64,000 nucleotides of DNA from Nymphaea colorata (lineage: Eukaryota). How positions within the stretch are numbered: the first letter of the stretch is position 1; each line of letters begins with the position of its first letter. Both the position numbers and the translations under genes were made by a program. Under the pieces are notes generated by a model, which did not search any database, was not told the origin of the DNA, and saw only the letters and a program-made list of their open reading frames with translations. Shown one piece after another: positions 37,482 to 50,433 of the stretch. Location of the stretch: contig NC_045138.2 of NCBI RefSeq assembly GCF_008831285.2, positions 6,820,001-6,884,000 of the forward strand. The letters run 5' to 3'.

Positions 37482-38583
37482 ATGTATATATATATATATA
37501 TATACATAAATATTAAGGACATTAACAATGGTCTATGGTGCAGCATGGTGCTTTTTTTCAGCAACATTCAACATCTAACCCTTCTTCTCTTAATTGTCTC
37601 CATAATATTTGGAGGGGATATATATATATATATAGGGAGAGGAAGAGAGAGAGAAGGAGAAATATTGAATTAATTAAGAAAAAATAGAGATTAATAGACT
37701 ATCTTTTGTTATCATCCTCCATATATATAGAGGGACAAAGAGATTTTTTGAAGAATTTCTAGACAAGCACCTAAAACATCATGGATTACATATAATTATG
37801 TCAATATTTAATAAAAACAATTTGCAAGCGCATAGGTTAGCCCTTTAGAAAAGGAACTATCTTTAAACAAAGAGTTCTTTCCATTTCACATCATTTTTTT
37901 GCCACTCTCTCCACAACTTTGCCATGTTCTTTTGTATGGCATAGCTTGAGGCAAAAGAAAAAGAAGAGAAAAATTAAGGGAGGGAGAAATTATCAAAGAA
38001 TGTTGAAACTTGAGCTAAAAGGCTTGGATAGTTCATTTTTTTCTCTAAAAAAAGGCAATTCCTTTCCAAAAAAGTTCTTTTTAATACTTTTAATAATTCA
38101 TGGAGCAGGTGTTGTGAAGTATCTCACAAAGACAACAATTTATTTGTAATTCCTAAACCTTAGACAGTTATTTGTATACACATGAAAGATGATGGACAAA
38201 TTATTTTATATTTTTCTTTATACATATATCATGTGTTTTCACAATCTAAAATTACTCAAACAACCATGTAAATTAAAGAAGTCATTTTTTAAAACAAATA
38301 GAAGAAAATATACCCCTAATCCAGCTTTGATAAATAGAAATTAAGCTATGCATGGATGGACACGAGGCGAAGCTCGTTATGTATGTGCACACAATTTCAT
38401 GAGCAATACTTATATTTAAATAACAAAAAAAATTGTAGAAATAAAAAAAAAAGTTAAAAAAAACTCAAACAAGACTTTTTTCATTAATTTGAAAAATATT
38501 ATTTTTTTAATTTGACATTTGTTGCATGCATCGAGCGGTACCTGTAACTCTGTCTTGTTGTCTCGACATGAGGTGGCAATGGC

Positions 38584-38621
<38 letters not shown>

Positions 38622-38833
38622 GACCTCGGTCAACCTCCACACAAAGCTAACGACCTCTATATTTGCTCCCAACAAACAGACCAAATATAAGGCACCACCG
38701 GACTCCAGCTCACCTGATCTCCCCTCTTCTTCTTCCTGTTTCCACTCTCTTTCTTCCCCCCCTCCTTTCTCCTGCAACTGTACCTTCTCTCTCTCCCTCT
38801 CCCTCTGCCCTCACTCCGCCGGAGAATTGAGAA

Positions 38834-41800
38834 ATGGCGGAGAGAGATGGAGACTGGGGTCAGCTGTCGTGCAATAAGCCGATGCCGGTGACGGGGGATG
38901 GGATATGGGCGGGGACATGCCCCTCGACTTCGCCTTCCCCCTCTTCGTCATCCAAATCTCCGTCGTCCTCATCATCAGCCGCACCCTCTGCTTCCTCCTC
39001 CGCCCCTTCAAGCAGCCCCGCGTCGTTGCAGAGATTCTCGTAAGCACATCATCTCTTCTTCCCTTCCTCCTCCTCCACCTTGAGAAGAAGAACGTGTGCA
39101 TTGGTATCATGTACAATGCGACTGCAGTAGACCTGTTAATATTTTCATGTTTTCACAAAAGAACTTCAAAGAATATTGAAATGTCATACATTTATTCATG
39201 TCAACGCCTTTCGTCTTCCAAAAAAAAAAAATTTGGTTGCTTTCTACCCTAAAAGCATTGAATTTGTAATTTTGATGACAACAAAATGTGAAATTTATCT
39301 TTCTTTGGTCTAAGAAAAACCTAACATACCATTGCCTAGCTTTTCAAAGTGACCATTAAATTTTAGGAGGCGTTTGGGCCATCTAACTTAGTTTTATTAA
39401 AACTTATGAAAACAATTTTTTATAATGAGTTTTAAAAGCTTCTTTTATTTGTTTGCTTGACATTCAAAACATAGTTTTGTATGATAATATGAGGAAGTCA
39501 GGTTTTATAAAACCAGGTTTTGACAAAACCATTTTTTAAATTTACTTTCTATGATTGTTTAATACTCTTCAAACCTGGTTTTAAGGTGTCATCTATACTT
39601 TTCCTTATGCTTTACCAAAGGTAAGACATGTGGGGTAAGGGGCATAATGTAGCTCAGCTGGTTGGCCTAATGTCAAATGAAATCTCTGGTTGTCGGTTCA
39701 ATTCTTGTAGTCGGCCTTCATGCCAAGAGAGTGAGAATGTTGTACTAGTTGATGGTACATTGGGCTTACGCTTCCCGGGGTTCCATAGAGCCTTTGGACC
39801 TTGGAGCAGGAAAGATTAATTATTTGTGAGTTCATTTTAAATATAACATTTATGAGTTTGCATACCTATATGAGATTTGTGAAGGGCATTTTTGCCTTTT
39901 CCATCATAATAAGTTTCATGCAAGTTATATTTTCACTCTCTTGGAACTCAAATTTTCAATCTTCACCTTTTAGTGAGCAAGAGAGTATTTCATCAAATTA
40001 AAAAATGAATGAGAAAGCCCTCATTTTCCTTTCCTCTAAGGTCCAAGATAACAACTGCCCTAATGAAGGCTAAGTGCACCATCAACTTGGTGTTGTACTA
40101 ATATTTCATTGACACATAGGCATACTCAGTAATGGTAGATAGACATGGAGCTAATTTGGGTCGAGGCTGACACACCTGATCAATGCAGTTTTTTTGAGCA
40201 CCTGATCAATGCAGTTTTTTTGAGCTCGGACCTGGGCCGATCGGACCAGATGTGCTGAGTACCCGTACTCAAGCCCGACGCCCAAACTTAGTTATCTCAT
40301 ACACATTATCACAAACCTATGTCGTTATCTCATATTTATCTTATATCTTAGTCATTATGTTATTATTTTATATCCACATCATTATCTCACACTATAACGT
40401 CATATGTAACAAGAATGATAATCACAAAAACATAAGATAAAAAGTATGAGATAATGAAATATTTGATGACTACTAAGTAAATATGCATCTTGATATTAAC
40501 GTCCGCCCCTCTACCTACAAATACGACAGAACTCAACCTCTAACAAAATCCCTTGGTTGGTTGTGCTTTCACTTCCCCGCCGGAATTCTTAGACCATTAT
40601 GTGACTGTGCAGACGGGAATCTTGCTCGGCCCCGCGGTTGTGGGTCAACTGTTTCCAAGCATCCCCGAGAAGCTTTTAGCGCCTGAGAGCAGAAGCCTAC
40701 TCGAAACGTTCGCTAATCTGGGGCTCATATACTGGCTTTTCCTGGTGGGCATACATCTCGACTTGGGGAGTCTGCTGAAGAAGGTGGGGATGAAGGCGGT
40801 GGTGATCTCCATCGCCGGAACTGGACCCCCTTGCGCTGCGTCGGCTGCGATGTACTTATTCCTCAGGGAGTACACCAAGACGCCCATCCCCGACGGCCCG
40901 ATGGTCATCTTCCTCGGCGGCGTCGTCCTCTCCGTCAGCTCCTTCCCCATCCTGGCGCGCATGATCACCGAGCTGAAGCTCCTCAACTCCGAAGCCGGCA
41001 ACCTCGCCCTGTCGTCCAGCATTATAGTCGACATCGTCATGTGGGCGATGCTCGTCGTTTCCGGTACCTTGACTTCGTCAAAACGCACAGGAATGTCGAC
41101 CTTTTGGGGACTCACTTGTGGTAAGCACCGTTTCCGCTTCATTGTCCCCCTTTCAATCCAGAAGATTCGGAAGCAACCGTTCTCCGGCGAGTGACAGATT
41201 GGTGCGATTGGTTGCAGGGGTGAGCTTCGTGATGTTCTTGGTGTTCGTCGTGCAGCCGGCGATCGCGTGGATAGTGAAGCGGACGCCGGAGGGGGAGACG
41301 ATGAACGAGGCGTACATCTGCCTCATCCTGGTGGGCGTGCTGGCCTGCGCCTTCGTCGCCGACTCCATCGGCCTCCGCGCCTCCCTCGGCGCCTTCGCCT
41401 TCGGCGTCGTCATCCCCCCGGGCCCCCTCGCCAACACCGTCACCGAGAAGGTGGAGGACATCACCACCGGCCTCTTCCTCCCCCTCTTCTTCTGCGTCAC
41501 CGGGCTCCGGGCCGACATGCTCAAGATCTCCACCAGCGAGCAGTGGCCGCTGCTGGTCGTGCTCTGCGTCTCCGCCACCGTCAAGGCCGCCGCCACCTGG
41601 CTTGTCGCCGTCGCCTACGAGCTAACCTCCCGCGACGGCGTCCTCATCGCCCTGCTCATGAACACCAAGGGCGTCCTCGACATCGTCATGTTGAACCGTC
41701 TCTTCGAGAAGAAGGTTTTCCTCCTCCCCTTTTCAATTTCCAACTCCATCCCCTAACTTACTTGGGCCTCTTGGATGCAGGCACTGAGCGCGGGATCATA

Positions 41801-43004
41801 CGCGGTGATGGTGCTGACGTCGGTGACGCTGACGGCGATCATCAGTCCGGCGACCTTCTTCCTGTTCAAGAGGGTGACGTCCTTCATCCCATACAAGCAC
41901 CGGACGGTGCAGCGGGAGAAGATGGACTCCGAGCTCCGGATTCTGTCGTGCGTCTACAACCTCCGGTGCGTTCCGACGATCATCAACCTGCTGGAGGCCT
42001 CCTGCTCCGCCCGCCGCTCTCCTATCTACATATACGCCCTCCGGCTGGTTCAGCTCACCGGCCGCGCCTCCATGCTCATCGTCCACACCTCCAACCAGCA
42101 GCGCGGTCAGGCCGGCCGCGCCCAGGACGAGAACGACCGCATCATCACAGCGTTCGAGAAGTACCATGAGGCCAGCGGCATCCCCGTCCAGGCGCTTACC
42201 TCCATCTCCCCTTACTCCACCATGCACGAGGACATCTGCGGCCTCGCCGAGGAGAAGCGCATCGCCCTCATCATCCTTCCCTTCCACAAGCAGCTCGCCG
42301 GAGCAGGAACCGGTGCTGCCGGAGGCGGAGCAGACGCCTCCAACGCCTCCGTCCGCAACGTCAACCACAACGTCCTAGCCACCGCCCCTTGCTCAGTCGG
42401 TATCCTCGTCGACCGCGGCCTCACCGGTACCATGGGGCTGTCCTCCATGCACGTCTCCCACCACGTGGCCCTCCTCTTCTTCGGAGGCCCCGACGACCGC
42501 GAGGCCCTCTGCTACTCCGCCAGGTTCGTCGAGCACGAGGGCATCAGCCTCACGATCATGAGGTTCATCGCCGGCTCCGTCTCCAAGGCCACGACGCCGG
42601 TCCACGACGGCATGCAGCAGCTTCTCCAGGACGAGGAAGTCGAGAAGGAGATCGACGAGGAGTTCCTGTCTCAGTTCCGGCTCAAGACCGTCTGCGACAG
42701 CTCCATTATGTACAACGAGGCCGTCATCTACAACGGGGAGGAGATGGTCGCCGCCATTAAGGCCATCGAGTCCAACCACGACCTCTTCATAGTGGGGAGG
42801 AACCAGAAGCTCTGGGAGTCGCCCGTGACCTCCGGCCTCACCGAGTGGAGCGAGTGCCCGGAGCTCGGCCCGGTCGGCGACTTGCTCGCCTCCTCCGATT
42901 TCACCGCCGCCTCCGTCTTGGTCATCCAGCAGCACCAGGGCCGCATCGATGCAGCCTTCAACTACTCGAACCAGGTGAAGGAGTTCGTGGGAAATGCCAA
43001 GTAG
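38834..43004 (+). CDS. CHX: Cation/H+ antiporter (CPA2, CHX15-like); apparent 1-nt frameshift near 38911-38914, in-frame ATG at 38905
   Basis: Exons 38834/38905-39039, 40613-41120, 41218-41714, 41781-43004 (787 aa from 38905). Motifs [85 protein letters not shown]. Confidence 0.93.
39638..39820 (+). mobile_element. tRNA-derived SINE-like element in CHX intron 1
   Basis: Pol III A box TAGCTCAGCTGG (39650-39661) and B box GGTTCAATTCT (39695-39705) at tRNA-like spacing, but no complete cloverleaf; the 3' end is approximate. Confidence 0.5.
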
Positions 43005-44459
43005 TACCACCGAGCTCTTTTTCCGATCGTTAGTTGTTGCAGATCGACAGTGAGAATTGCAGAGGATGGAAACGGAGGGAACTCCAAAGAAGGACGAGCA
43101 GAAATGAGGGATGAGCAGAAATTTTTTTTCTTTTTTCTAAACCACCAATCTATTGTTCTTCCTCTCCTCTTCTTTTTCGTTTGTTTGTCAGAGAAACCGC
43201 ACATGGAGTCTGAACAGATCTCACCATAACTGTTAACAGCGAGATATTTCTTTTTTCCTTTTTCCTTTTTCAGTTTAGTGCAGAATATGTGAAACATGAA
43301 CTTTAAACTGATAAAAAAAAACTATTTGATTGTCTAGAATCATGACAGCTATTTTTAATTTCATATATGCAACTAAGTTTTCCGTGCATAATGTACTTTA
43401 ATAAAAATTTATCAATAATAATAAAGAGTAACTAATTTAGATATAGCTACAACTTAATGTTAATACTAAATAGCGTACCTAAAGATGTTAGTGCATTCTT
43501 GCAGCTAAATGTCGTGTGTATTGAAAGCATTTCATTTTATCTCATTAACCCTACTTATGGGGTCGAATTGGCATAACGTTATTTTTTGTTAACAATATAT
43601 GTAGACACATTTTTAGTTAACAACGAAAGATTCATTTATCACAATTTTATGTCTTCATATTTTCTTTTTCAAAATCAAACTTAAAACATTTATCAGACAA
43701 AAAATTCACTAAGGGGCCGGTTGTTGAATTCAAATTTGAAATCAATTGAGATTATGCAGATATGATGTGGCATGCTTCTGTTAATGTGACAAAAGATCCA
43801 TGATAACATTTATGGTTCATCAAACTAAAAATCTAACTCAAATTTAAGTTTCATATTTGAAATCCTTATTTTGTCTTTTTGTGTTGTGAAAAAGTTGAAT
43901 TTAAAATCTAAAGGGAAATGGTCAGTTCTTGAAGTCATGGTTCTCAAATCATGAGGAGCAATTAAACATCCTTGAGGGGTTAAGGATTGTTTGGCAACAG
44001 TAACATATTGTTATTGTCCCGCGAATCCATCCCAAAAAATAAAACAGATTTATGGAATACTTGTTGAAATGTTCCATGAACGTGCCTCAAATTTTGAGAA
44101 AGATTCATGAGATGATAACAATAAGTCTTGTTTGGAACCAGTAACATGTCGACATGTTACTATTTCACGCATTTACCCAAACAAGTGGGGTAAATACATA
44201 AGATACTTTTTAAAGTGTCCAATGAATCTGCAAAATTTTTAAGTTAGATGTATGAGATAGTAACATAGTATTCGCCCCTAAGAAGATTGACATTTAAACT
44301 CACTCCCTAATGTATAGACAAACACTATAGGGGTGTTTGATAGCTTGGATCCTAAATCTAACCTTGGATCTGAACTGAGATTTTCATGTCCGTAAAGGGC
44401 ATTAAATCCCCACTTCCAAACCCTTTTTTTCCAGCAAAATAGATCTCCAAGCACACACA

Positions 44460-44464
<5 letters not shown>

Positions 44465-44503
<39 letters not shown>
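44465..44503. repeat. (AG)n microsatellite
   Basis: Pure AG run. Confidence 0.9.
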
Positions 44504-44507
<4 letters not shown>

Positions 44508-46731
44508 GGGTCTAAGAGCCTTCTTGGCTCTGGAACATCGGTTTTAAGGCCCTCGGATCTTGGATATAAGATCCATTGTATCTAAGTTCCAAGTGTTAGA
44601 TTATGCTACTACAAATAAACTTCCGCTGGTATTCAAATCTTGACATTTTAATTTAAGAACCTAAATTGGATCTCCTATCTAATTGGATCCAAAACCTCTT
44701 TCTTTTAATAAAGTCTATCAACTCGAGTTTGTTTCGTTTTTTACCGAGAGTTGAGTTAGTTCAAGACAAAAGCTGAACTCTTTGTTTTAACAAATTGAGC
44801 TCGATCTATGCAAGTTCAGCTCGTTTAAGCTCAAGTGAGTTTGTTATATATATCCTACATCTTTCACGTTAATATTATTACAAATAACACTATTTGGATA
44901 CTGAATGCCATCTTTGTCGCTCAATTAAAAGTTGGTAGCTATGCATATTCATTCTTAAGACAAAGAACTTTTCCTCTTATGATTAATTCGACTAATGAAA
45001 CTTGAACTACAACAAGAGGTGGAGCCAGACAATTCTGACTAAGGGATAGCAGTTATAAAATTTTAATTTTTTAATCCGCGCACCATGTAAATGAGGAAAA
45101 TTTCCCTGAAATATCAATATAAATATAGGAATTTTTTTGTAAACCTATGTGTGCTTATAAGCTCTAGGTTAAGTTTGAGTTACATGAACTTTACTTGATT
45201 AAACTCGAGTATACTTGTTTAATTTAGGTTGTCTTTCTTTTTTGTAATTTCTGAACTTAAAGCCGGGGAAGGAGATCAAGTCCGATTGGGAGTTGGTAAA
45301 CGAGCTTAAACGACTGGAACTCGAGTTGGACACCATCTATTGAGTCGAGTTCAAGCTGAACTTATATAGCTCTACTCAGCTCGAGAGCAAGCTATGAGTC
45401 GCTACAGATTTTATATTGGACCTCACTCCCTTGGTCAGATTTAAAATCAATAGTGTTTTAATGTGAATGAGATATGAAAACTATGCATCTGAAGTCAACT
45501 GTTTGTTTGAAAATAGATCTCTCGAGCATGAGCATAACATAGTGTTCCATACATTGTTTCATAAGTTTTTCCTAAAACTGGCTATGTTCATATGATATTA
45601 GAAAGGAATTCATGAATCTCCTTGAATCTTTGAGAAATATTCATGGAACCTCGGCCAAACCCTCCTTTGGGTGTCTACCTCAACCATTGCATCCCATCTT
45701 TTTTGTTTTAGGTGAAATGAATTTAATTCTTTTTCTTTTTTAGGGTGAGTGATTATTTTATGCCCCATCTATTTTTTTTTTTTCAGGTAAAATGAGTCTA
45801 ATTGAGGTGTCCACATAGATCCAGATTTATAATGTTGTTATTCTAGTTAATTTATTTAGGCTATGTTTGATAGCCTCAATCTCAAATCCGAGGTGATTTG
45901 AAGTCCTTGATTTAAGACCCTAGGATTTCATATAGAGGGGATTTGAGAGTCAACATAGAAACCACACATGAGGATTTTAGATCCCCTTACAACTAAGGAT
46001 CTTAGGTTCACTATTTCCTACAATTTGACAAAGGAACAACTATGAATATCTTTTTACAAGAATAAATATCATTCAAAGTAAATTAATATTCTTTAGTCAA
46101 TATGAATTTCTTTCAGTTGGGAGCTGACTGCCTTGGCCAAGTGTGATTGATATGTTCTCTAGTTGTTGTTGTGCTCCTACTCTTTTCATTTTTTATTTAC
46201 TCACTGCTCTTCTCCCTTGCTATCATTCTTTAGCCATTCTTTGCCTCTTCTTCTTTTTTGGCTTCAAAAGTTTCACTGAAGTTTCAGTTTAGGGCTTCAT
46301 TTTGTTTTTGAAGTATATGTTGGAGACTCGTTCACTTGTTAAAACATGTATCATCTGATCTTTCTTTTTCTCTTTCAGGCTCATTTCTTTAATGTCAATT
46401 GACAAATGAGGTTGCTTCAATTGGAGAAATAAGATTTTGTTAAGGCACTAGACGGATGGTGCAACTTACGACATTTCTCAGCAATGGCAATGTGAGTTTA
46501 TTTGTGGCAAATTCATGCATCCTTCCCAGTTCATCCACCACAATCCATTCTATGTTGTCTTTATCAAAATCCTTAACAATTTCGGCTTCATTATGCATCA
46601 GACCTCTCTCTCTTTGGTCATGTCTAGAGGTTGTGACTCATATCATCTTGGTAGTGACTGCAATAACAGGGTCTTTAAGGCACCTTCTCATCGTCAGATT
46701 CTATGACATGCCTTGTGCAGGAAGATGTATA

Positions 46732-46845
46732 CTTTGCTATTTGGCTACGGCACCATCTTTCGATTGTTGCTGGGTGACTCTCTCTTCTCTTTGCTATTTG
46801 GATACGGCACCATCTTTCGATTGCTACTAGGTGACTCACTCTTCT
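46732..46845. repeat. 57-bp tandem duplication
   Basis: CTTTGCTATTTGG.TACGGCACCATCTTTCGATTG... starts at 46732 and at 46789. Confidence 0.9.
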
Positions 46846-47239
46846 CACCCCTCTTATTCTGTTATATTGTGTTGTTGTTTTGTATAAATCATTTTTCTAT
46901 TTTGTTTTTGCTTTTTTGCAGTTTGTTATTGTGTTTAGGGGATTTTTGTCTCCAAATTTTGTTATGCATTCTCATTTTATCGACTCTCGCTCTCTCACAC
47001 ATATATACATAAACTCCAATGAACCATGTAATTCACATTATTAGATTTAGGAAGAAAACTAAAACTGAAAAGCGCAACTAGATTGCTTATGCAATAAGTT
47101 GTAGCAATTGTCAATCTGCACATGCATGCGTGCATGCATGCACACATATATTTCACTTTACTGACAACTCACAACTGTATGTTTATTGATGTGCATACAG
47201 TAGACATGCATCTTTAATAGATTGTTTCCTTATCATAAA

Positions 47240-47330
47240 TTGGTCCCTCTTCTCTTGTACAATCAGAGTAGCATCTGCCCCAGAAAAGGTGTTGATAGCG
47301 GGTGGATACCTTCTGCTGGAGAGACCAAAT
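47240..47330 (+). pseudogene. PMK: Orphan phosphomevalonate kinase N-terminal exon fragment with upstream splice acceptor
   Basis: A pyrimidine tract and AG (47265-47266) precede VASAPEKVLIAGGYLLLERPN, which matches the recalled plant PMK start VASAPGKVLMTGGYLVLEKPN; similarity stops abruptly. Confidence 0.8.
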
Positions 47331-47762
47331 TCCTTAGAAGTTGAAAAAGTTCACAACTAATGTAAACTGAATTTAAGTTACGAAATCTACAAATGAAAGG
47401 GTAAAAAATCTTCTATAATCATTTTTCACATTAAAAGAAAAAGAAAGGTGGATAATGCAACCACATTGTTTTGTAGTGAAGTTCATATATGCATGTCTTA
47501 AGCATCAATACATGAAATACATCAATATGGATGTAAGGGGGTTTTGGAGTACATTAAGGAATATCACATGCTTTTGAAACTAAAATAAATTTTTAATATT
47601 TACAATGTAGGTCCTATGATACACCGAAACCAGTCTTTGAGCCATAGGCATGGAGCTACAACAGCAAAATTATTACATAACCAAAATCATAATTGTGCAC
47701 TAAGTGTGCACGCCACAGATTTGATGTTGCAAGTCTCAACTACATTTAGGATGTATTTGGAC

Positions 47763-48180
47763 TATAGTCACAAATAATGTTTCCGAATTTTAAAAGGCGA
47801 GGTTTTTTTCTGGTATAGTATGGCGATCTTAAAAAAATGGAAAAGAAAAAGAAAAAAAATATGGTGAATTTTTTAAAAATTAAAAAAACTAAAAATTAAG
47901 GAAAAATAAAATAAGTGAGAAACTAATAACACAAACATCAAAAGACAAGTATATCTGAATAAATAAAAAATGAAAAAAAAACTGTTTGGCTTTAAAAAAA
48001 TGAAAAAATGAAAAAATGAAAAAAAAAGTGAAAAACAAGCGAAAAAAACATGTTAAAACACGTTAAAAACCCTTTTTTTGTTTTTAACATTTTTTTCAAG
48101 AAAATGCATTTGTTAAGTTTTAAACGGCATTTAATTTTTTCATATTTTTTTTTAAAAATAACCTGTTTTTTGTGACTATG
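47763..48180. mobile_element. hAT-type MITE
   Basis: TIR TATAGTCACAAA / TTTGTGACTATG; perfect 8-bp TSD ATTTGGAC (47755-47762, 48181-48188). Confidence 0.88.
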
Positions 48181-48799
48181 ATTTGGACCACCTAAAAAAG
48201 TAAGAAATTTAAAGTCATGAGCATACAATTATACTCAGTAGTTGCTCTCACCTTTTATCAAAAGAGCATTTTAGTTATTTAACGGGAATTTTTTTCAGGA
48301 TTCCATTTTTTCCCCTATAGGGTATGTATTTTTTGTTTAACTAAGAATTTTTTTCAGGCAGGTGCAGTCTCATTTTGATGCTGAACTGAAGAAGAAACTT
48401 TAGCTCATCCAGTTCCATACTAAACTTAGATGTCAGCTACCAAAATTTGTCCCTTGTATTGAATTTAAAATCATTTATCCAAGGCAAGGCAGGAAGCCAA
48501 CAAAAAATCTCAACCCCACCAAGCACGGTCTAATGCTCTAAGTTTAGTATATAGGAATAAACTGACTATTGTATAATAATCATAGGCACCAATAAAAACT
48601 TGTGAACTTAAAAAAAAATCTCCCAAGGGCTCCTTTGATAATAGAAATATTTTGTAAGTGCGTCATGAATCTGTTACTGAAGACATTGACAATGATGATG
48701 ACGACAATGACGATGATGTTTTTTCTTTTAATCTCTGACCTCTATTTGTGGGGCATCAATGGCCTGCTGAGGATCTGAAAAGCTCGATGACCATCAACG

Positions 48800-49022
48800 C
48801 AGGGGCGGAGGGAGGGGGCACCTAGGCCATGGCCTCATCCCAACGAATTGAAAAAAAGAAAATACATTGAAAAATTTGAAAATTTTTGTTGCGTCCATAT
48901 ATTGTTTGGATTTGAGTTCAGTTTGGTCCTACCCGGATTAAACCTACAAAACCCAGCTCCTTCCGTTGCAGTTCGTTGGACCGTTTGGCCCGCTCCTGAA
49001 AAAAATCTTAGCTCCACCCCTA
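48800..49022. mobile_element. hAT-type MITE
   Basis: TIR CAGGGGCGGAG / CTCCACCCCTA; TSD CATCAACG / CATCAACC (7 of 8). Confidence 0.78.
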
Positions 49023-49027
49023 CATCA

Positions 49028-49031
<4 letters not shown>

Positions 49032-49116
<85 letters not shown>
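49032..49116. repeat. Compound (CT)n(AT)n microsatellite
   Basis: Visible directly in the sequence. Confidence 0.92.
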
Positions 49117-49120
<4 letters not shown>

Positions 49121-49958
49121 CAGGAGGCAGCCCCTTCCCTAGAAATTTTCTTGCATGGATCTGTGATCCACGCGAGAGATCGAAGGGAGAGAGGGGAGGG
49201 GTTTGATCTCAAAACCATGGATTTCTTCTGTGTCCAGGATTTGAATTCGATGGATTTGAGATAAGGTTTGCCAAAACCATGGAAATAGCTACGAAATTTT
49301 GCCTTGGATTTAGAATCAAAGGCTATCAAATGCAGCCTTAAGGACACATTTGATTATTTCATATTTGAAATCCATGAATTTGACGTACATCTGACTTGTT
49401 ATACTTTTGCTGACGTGAAAAAAGATCCATAGTAACGTCCATAGTACTATCAAACTAAAGATCGTAGGTCACTTGGATATTTATACTTCTTTGCATAGAG
49501 AAAATGTTGGATTTAAGATTGTAAATGAGAGAGTTTGATAAAGCCTGAGAATCTCAAATATGAGGCTATCAAACACATCCTAATTTGCTAGCCTCATGGG
49601 TTTTGCTTCAAATCCTACTCCGATTTGAAATGAGGGGCTATCAAACAACCCATAGATTATTTTGATAAAATTTTATTGAAGTAGTCAATGCATATTGTAA
49701 GAAGTATACTTACGAAGATACAAAATGAATACAGTGTGGTGATAGGAGAAGTGGAAGCTAGGAAATGAACCTCAAAATTTTGTGGGAGGTGAAAAGTAAG
49801 ATATGTTTATAGAACAATTGTATACAGGAATGATTATATAAACAAAAAAAAAAGAAAATACATAGAAAAAGTAAAAAAATATAATAAAGGTTTACAATAA
49901 AAAAGTAACTGAATATTTAAAACGCTATAATGGCATATCATGCGTGTATCCCTATAAA

Positions 49959-50433
49959 TAGGGATGCACAACGAGCGAGCCAATTCAGGGCTCAACTCGA
50001 ACTTGTTCTAAAAAACTCAGCTCTTAGTTGACTCGTTTATAAGCAAGCTGAGTTCGAGCTTACATATATATTCAAAAGAATCAAAATGATAAATGAGTCG
50101 AGTTCGAGTTTCAGGAACTCAACTCGACTTGTACCGCTACTCTATATAATATTGCCAAACCGGTTCACTAAATCACCGGTTTTAGCTTTGAGGGTGCAAA
50201 CAAACTTTCACAAGTTACACGAGTAAACACTTACATAAGTTAAATGAGTTACACGAGTTAATGATTACACGAATTAAATGAGTTAATACTTATACAAGTT
50301 TACGCCTAAACGAGTTAAATGGGTTAAATGAGTCGAGTTCGAGCTCAATTTTGTGTAGTCGAGCTCGAGCTTCTTATAAGGAGCTCGACTCGAGTCCGAA
50401 GCTCAGGCTCGACTCGGCTTGTGTGCAGCCCTA
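49959..50433. mobile_element. hAT-type MITE with CTCGA/TCGAG subrepeats
   Basis: TIR TAGGGATGCACA / TGTGCAGCCCTA; TSD CCTATAAA / GCTATAAA (7 of 8); homologous to 55824-56248. Confidence 0.88.

Noticed and set aside
39638..39715. Functional tRNA gene
   Set aside because: A and B boxes are present, but no acceptor or anticodon stems could be formed.
40645..43010. Long antisense and alternative-frame ORFs over CHX
   Set aside because: Expected shadows of a coding sequence with very high GC at third codon positions.
48835..49347. ORFs with YIYI/ERER runs (also 7341-7523)
   Set aside because: Translations of microsatellites.
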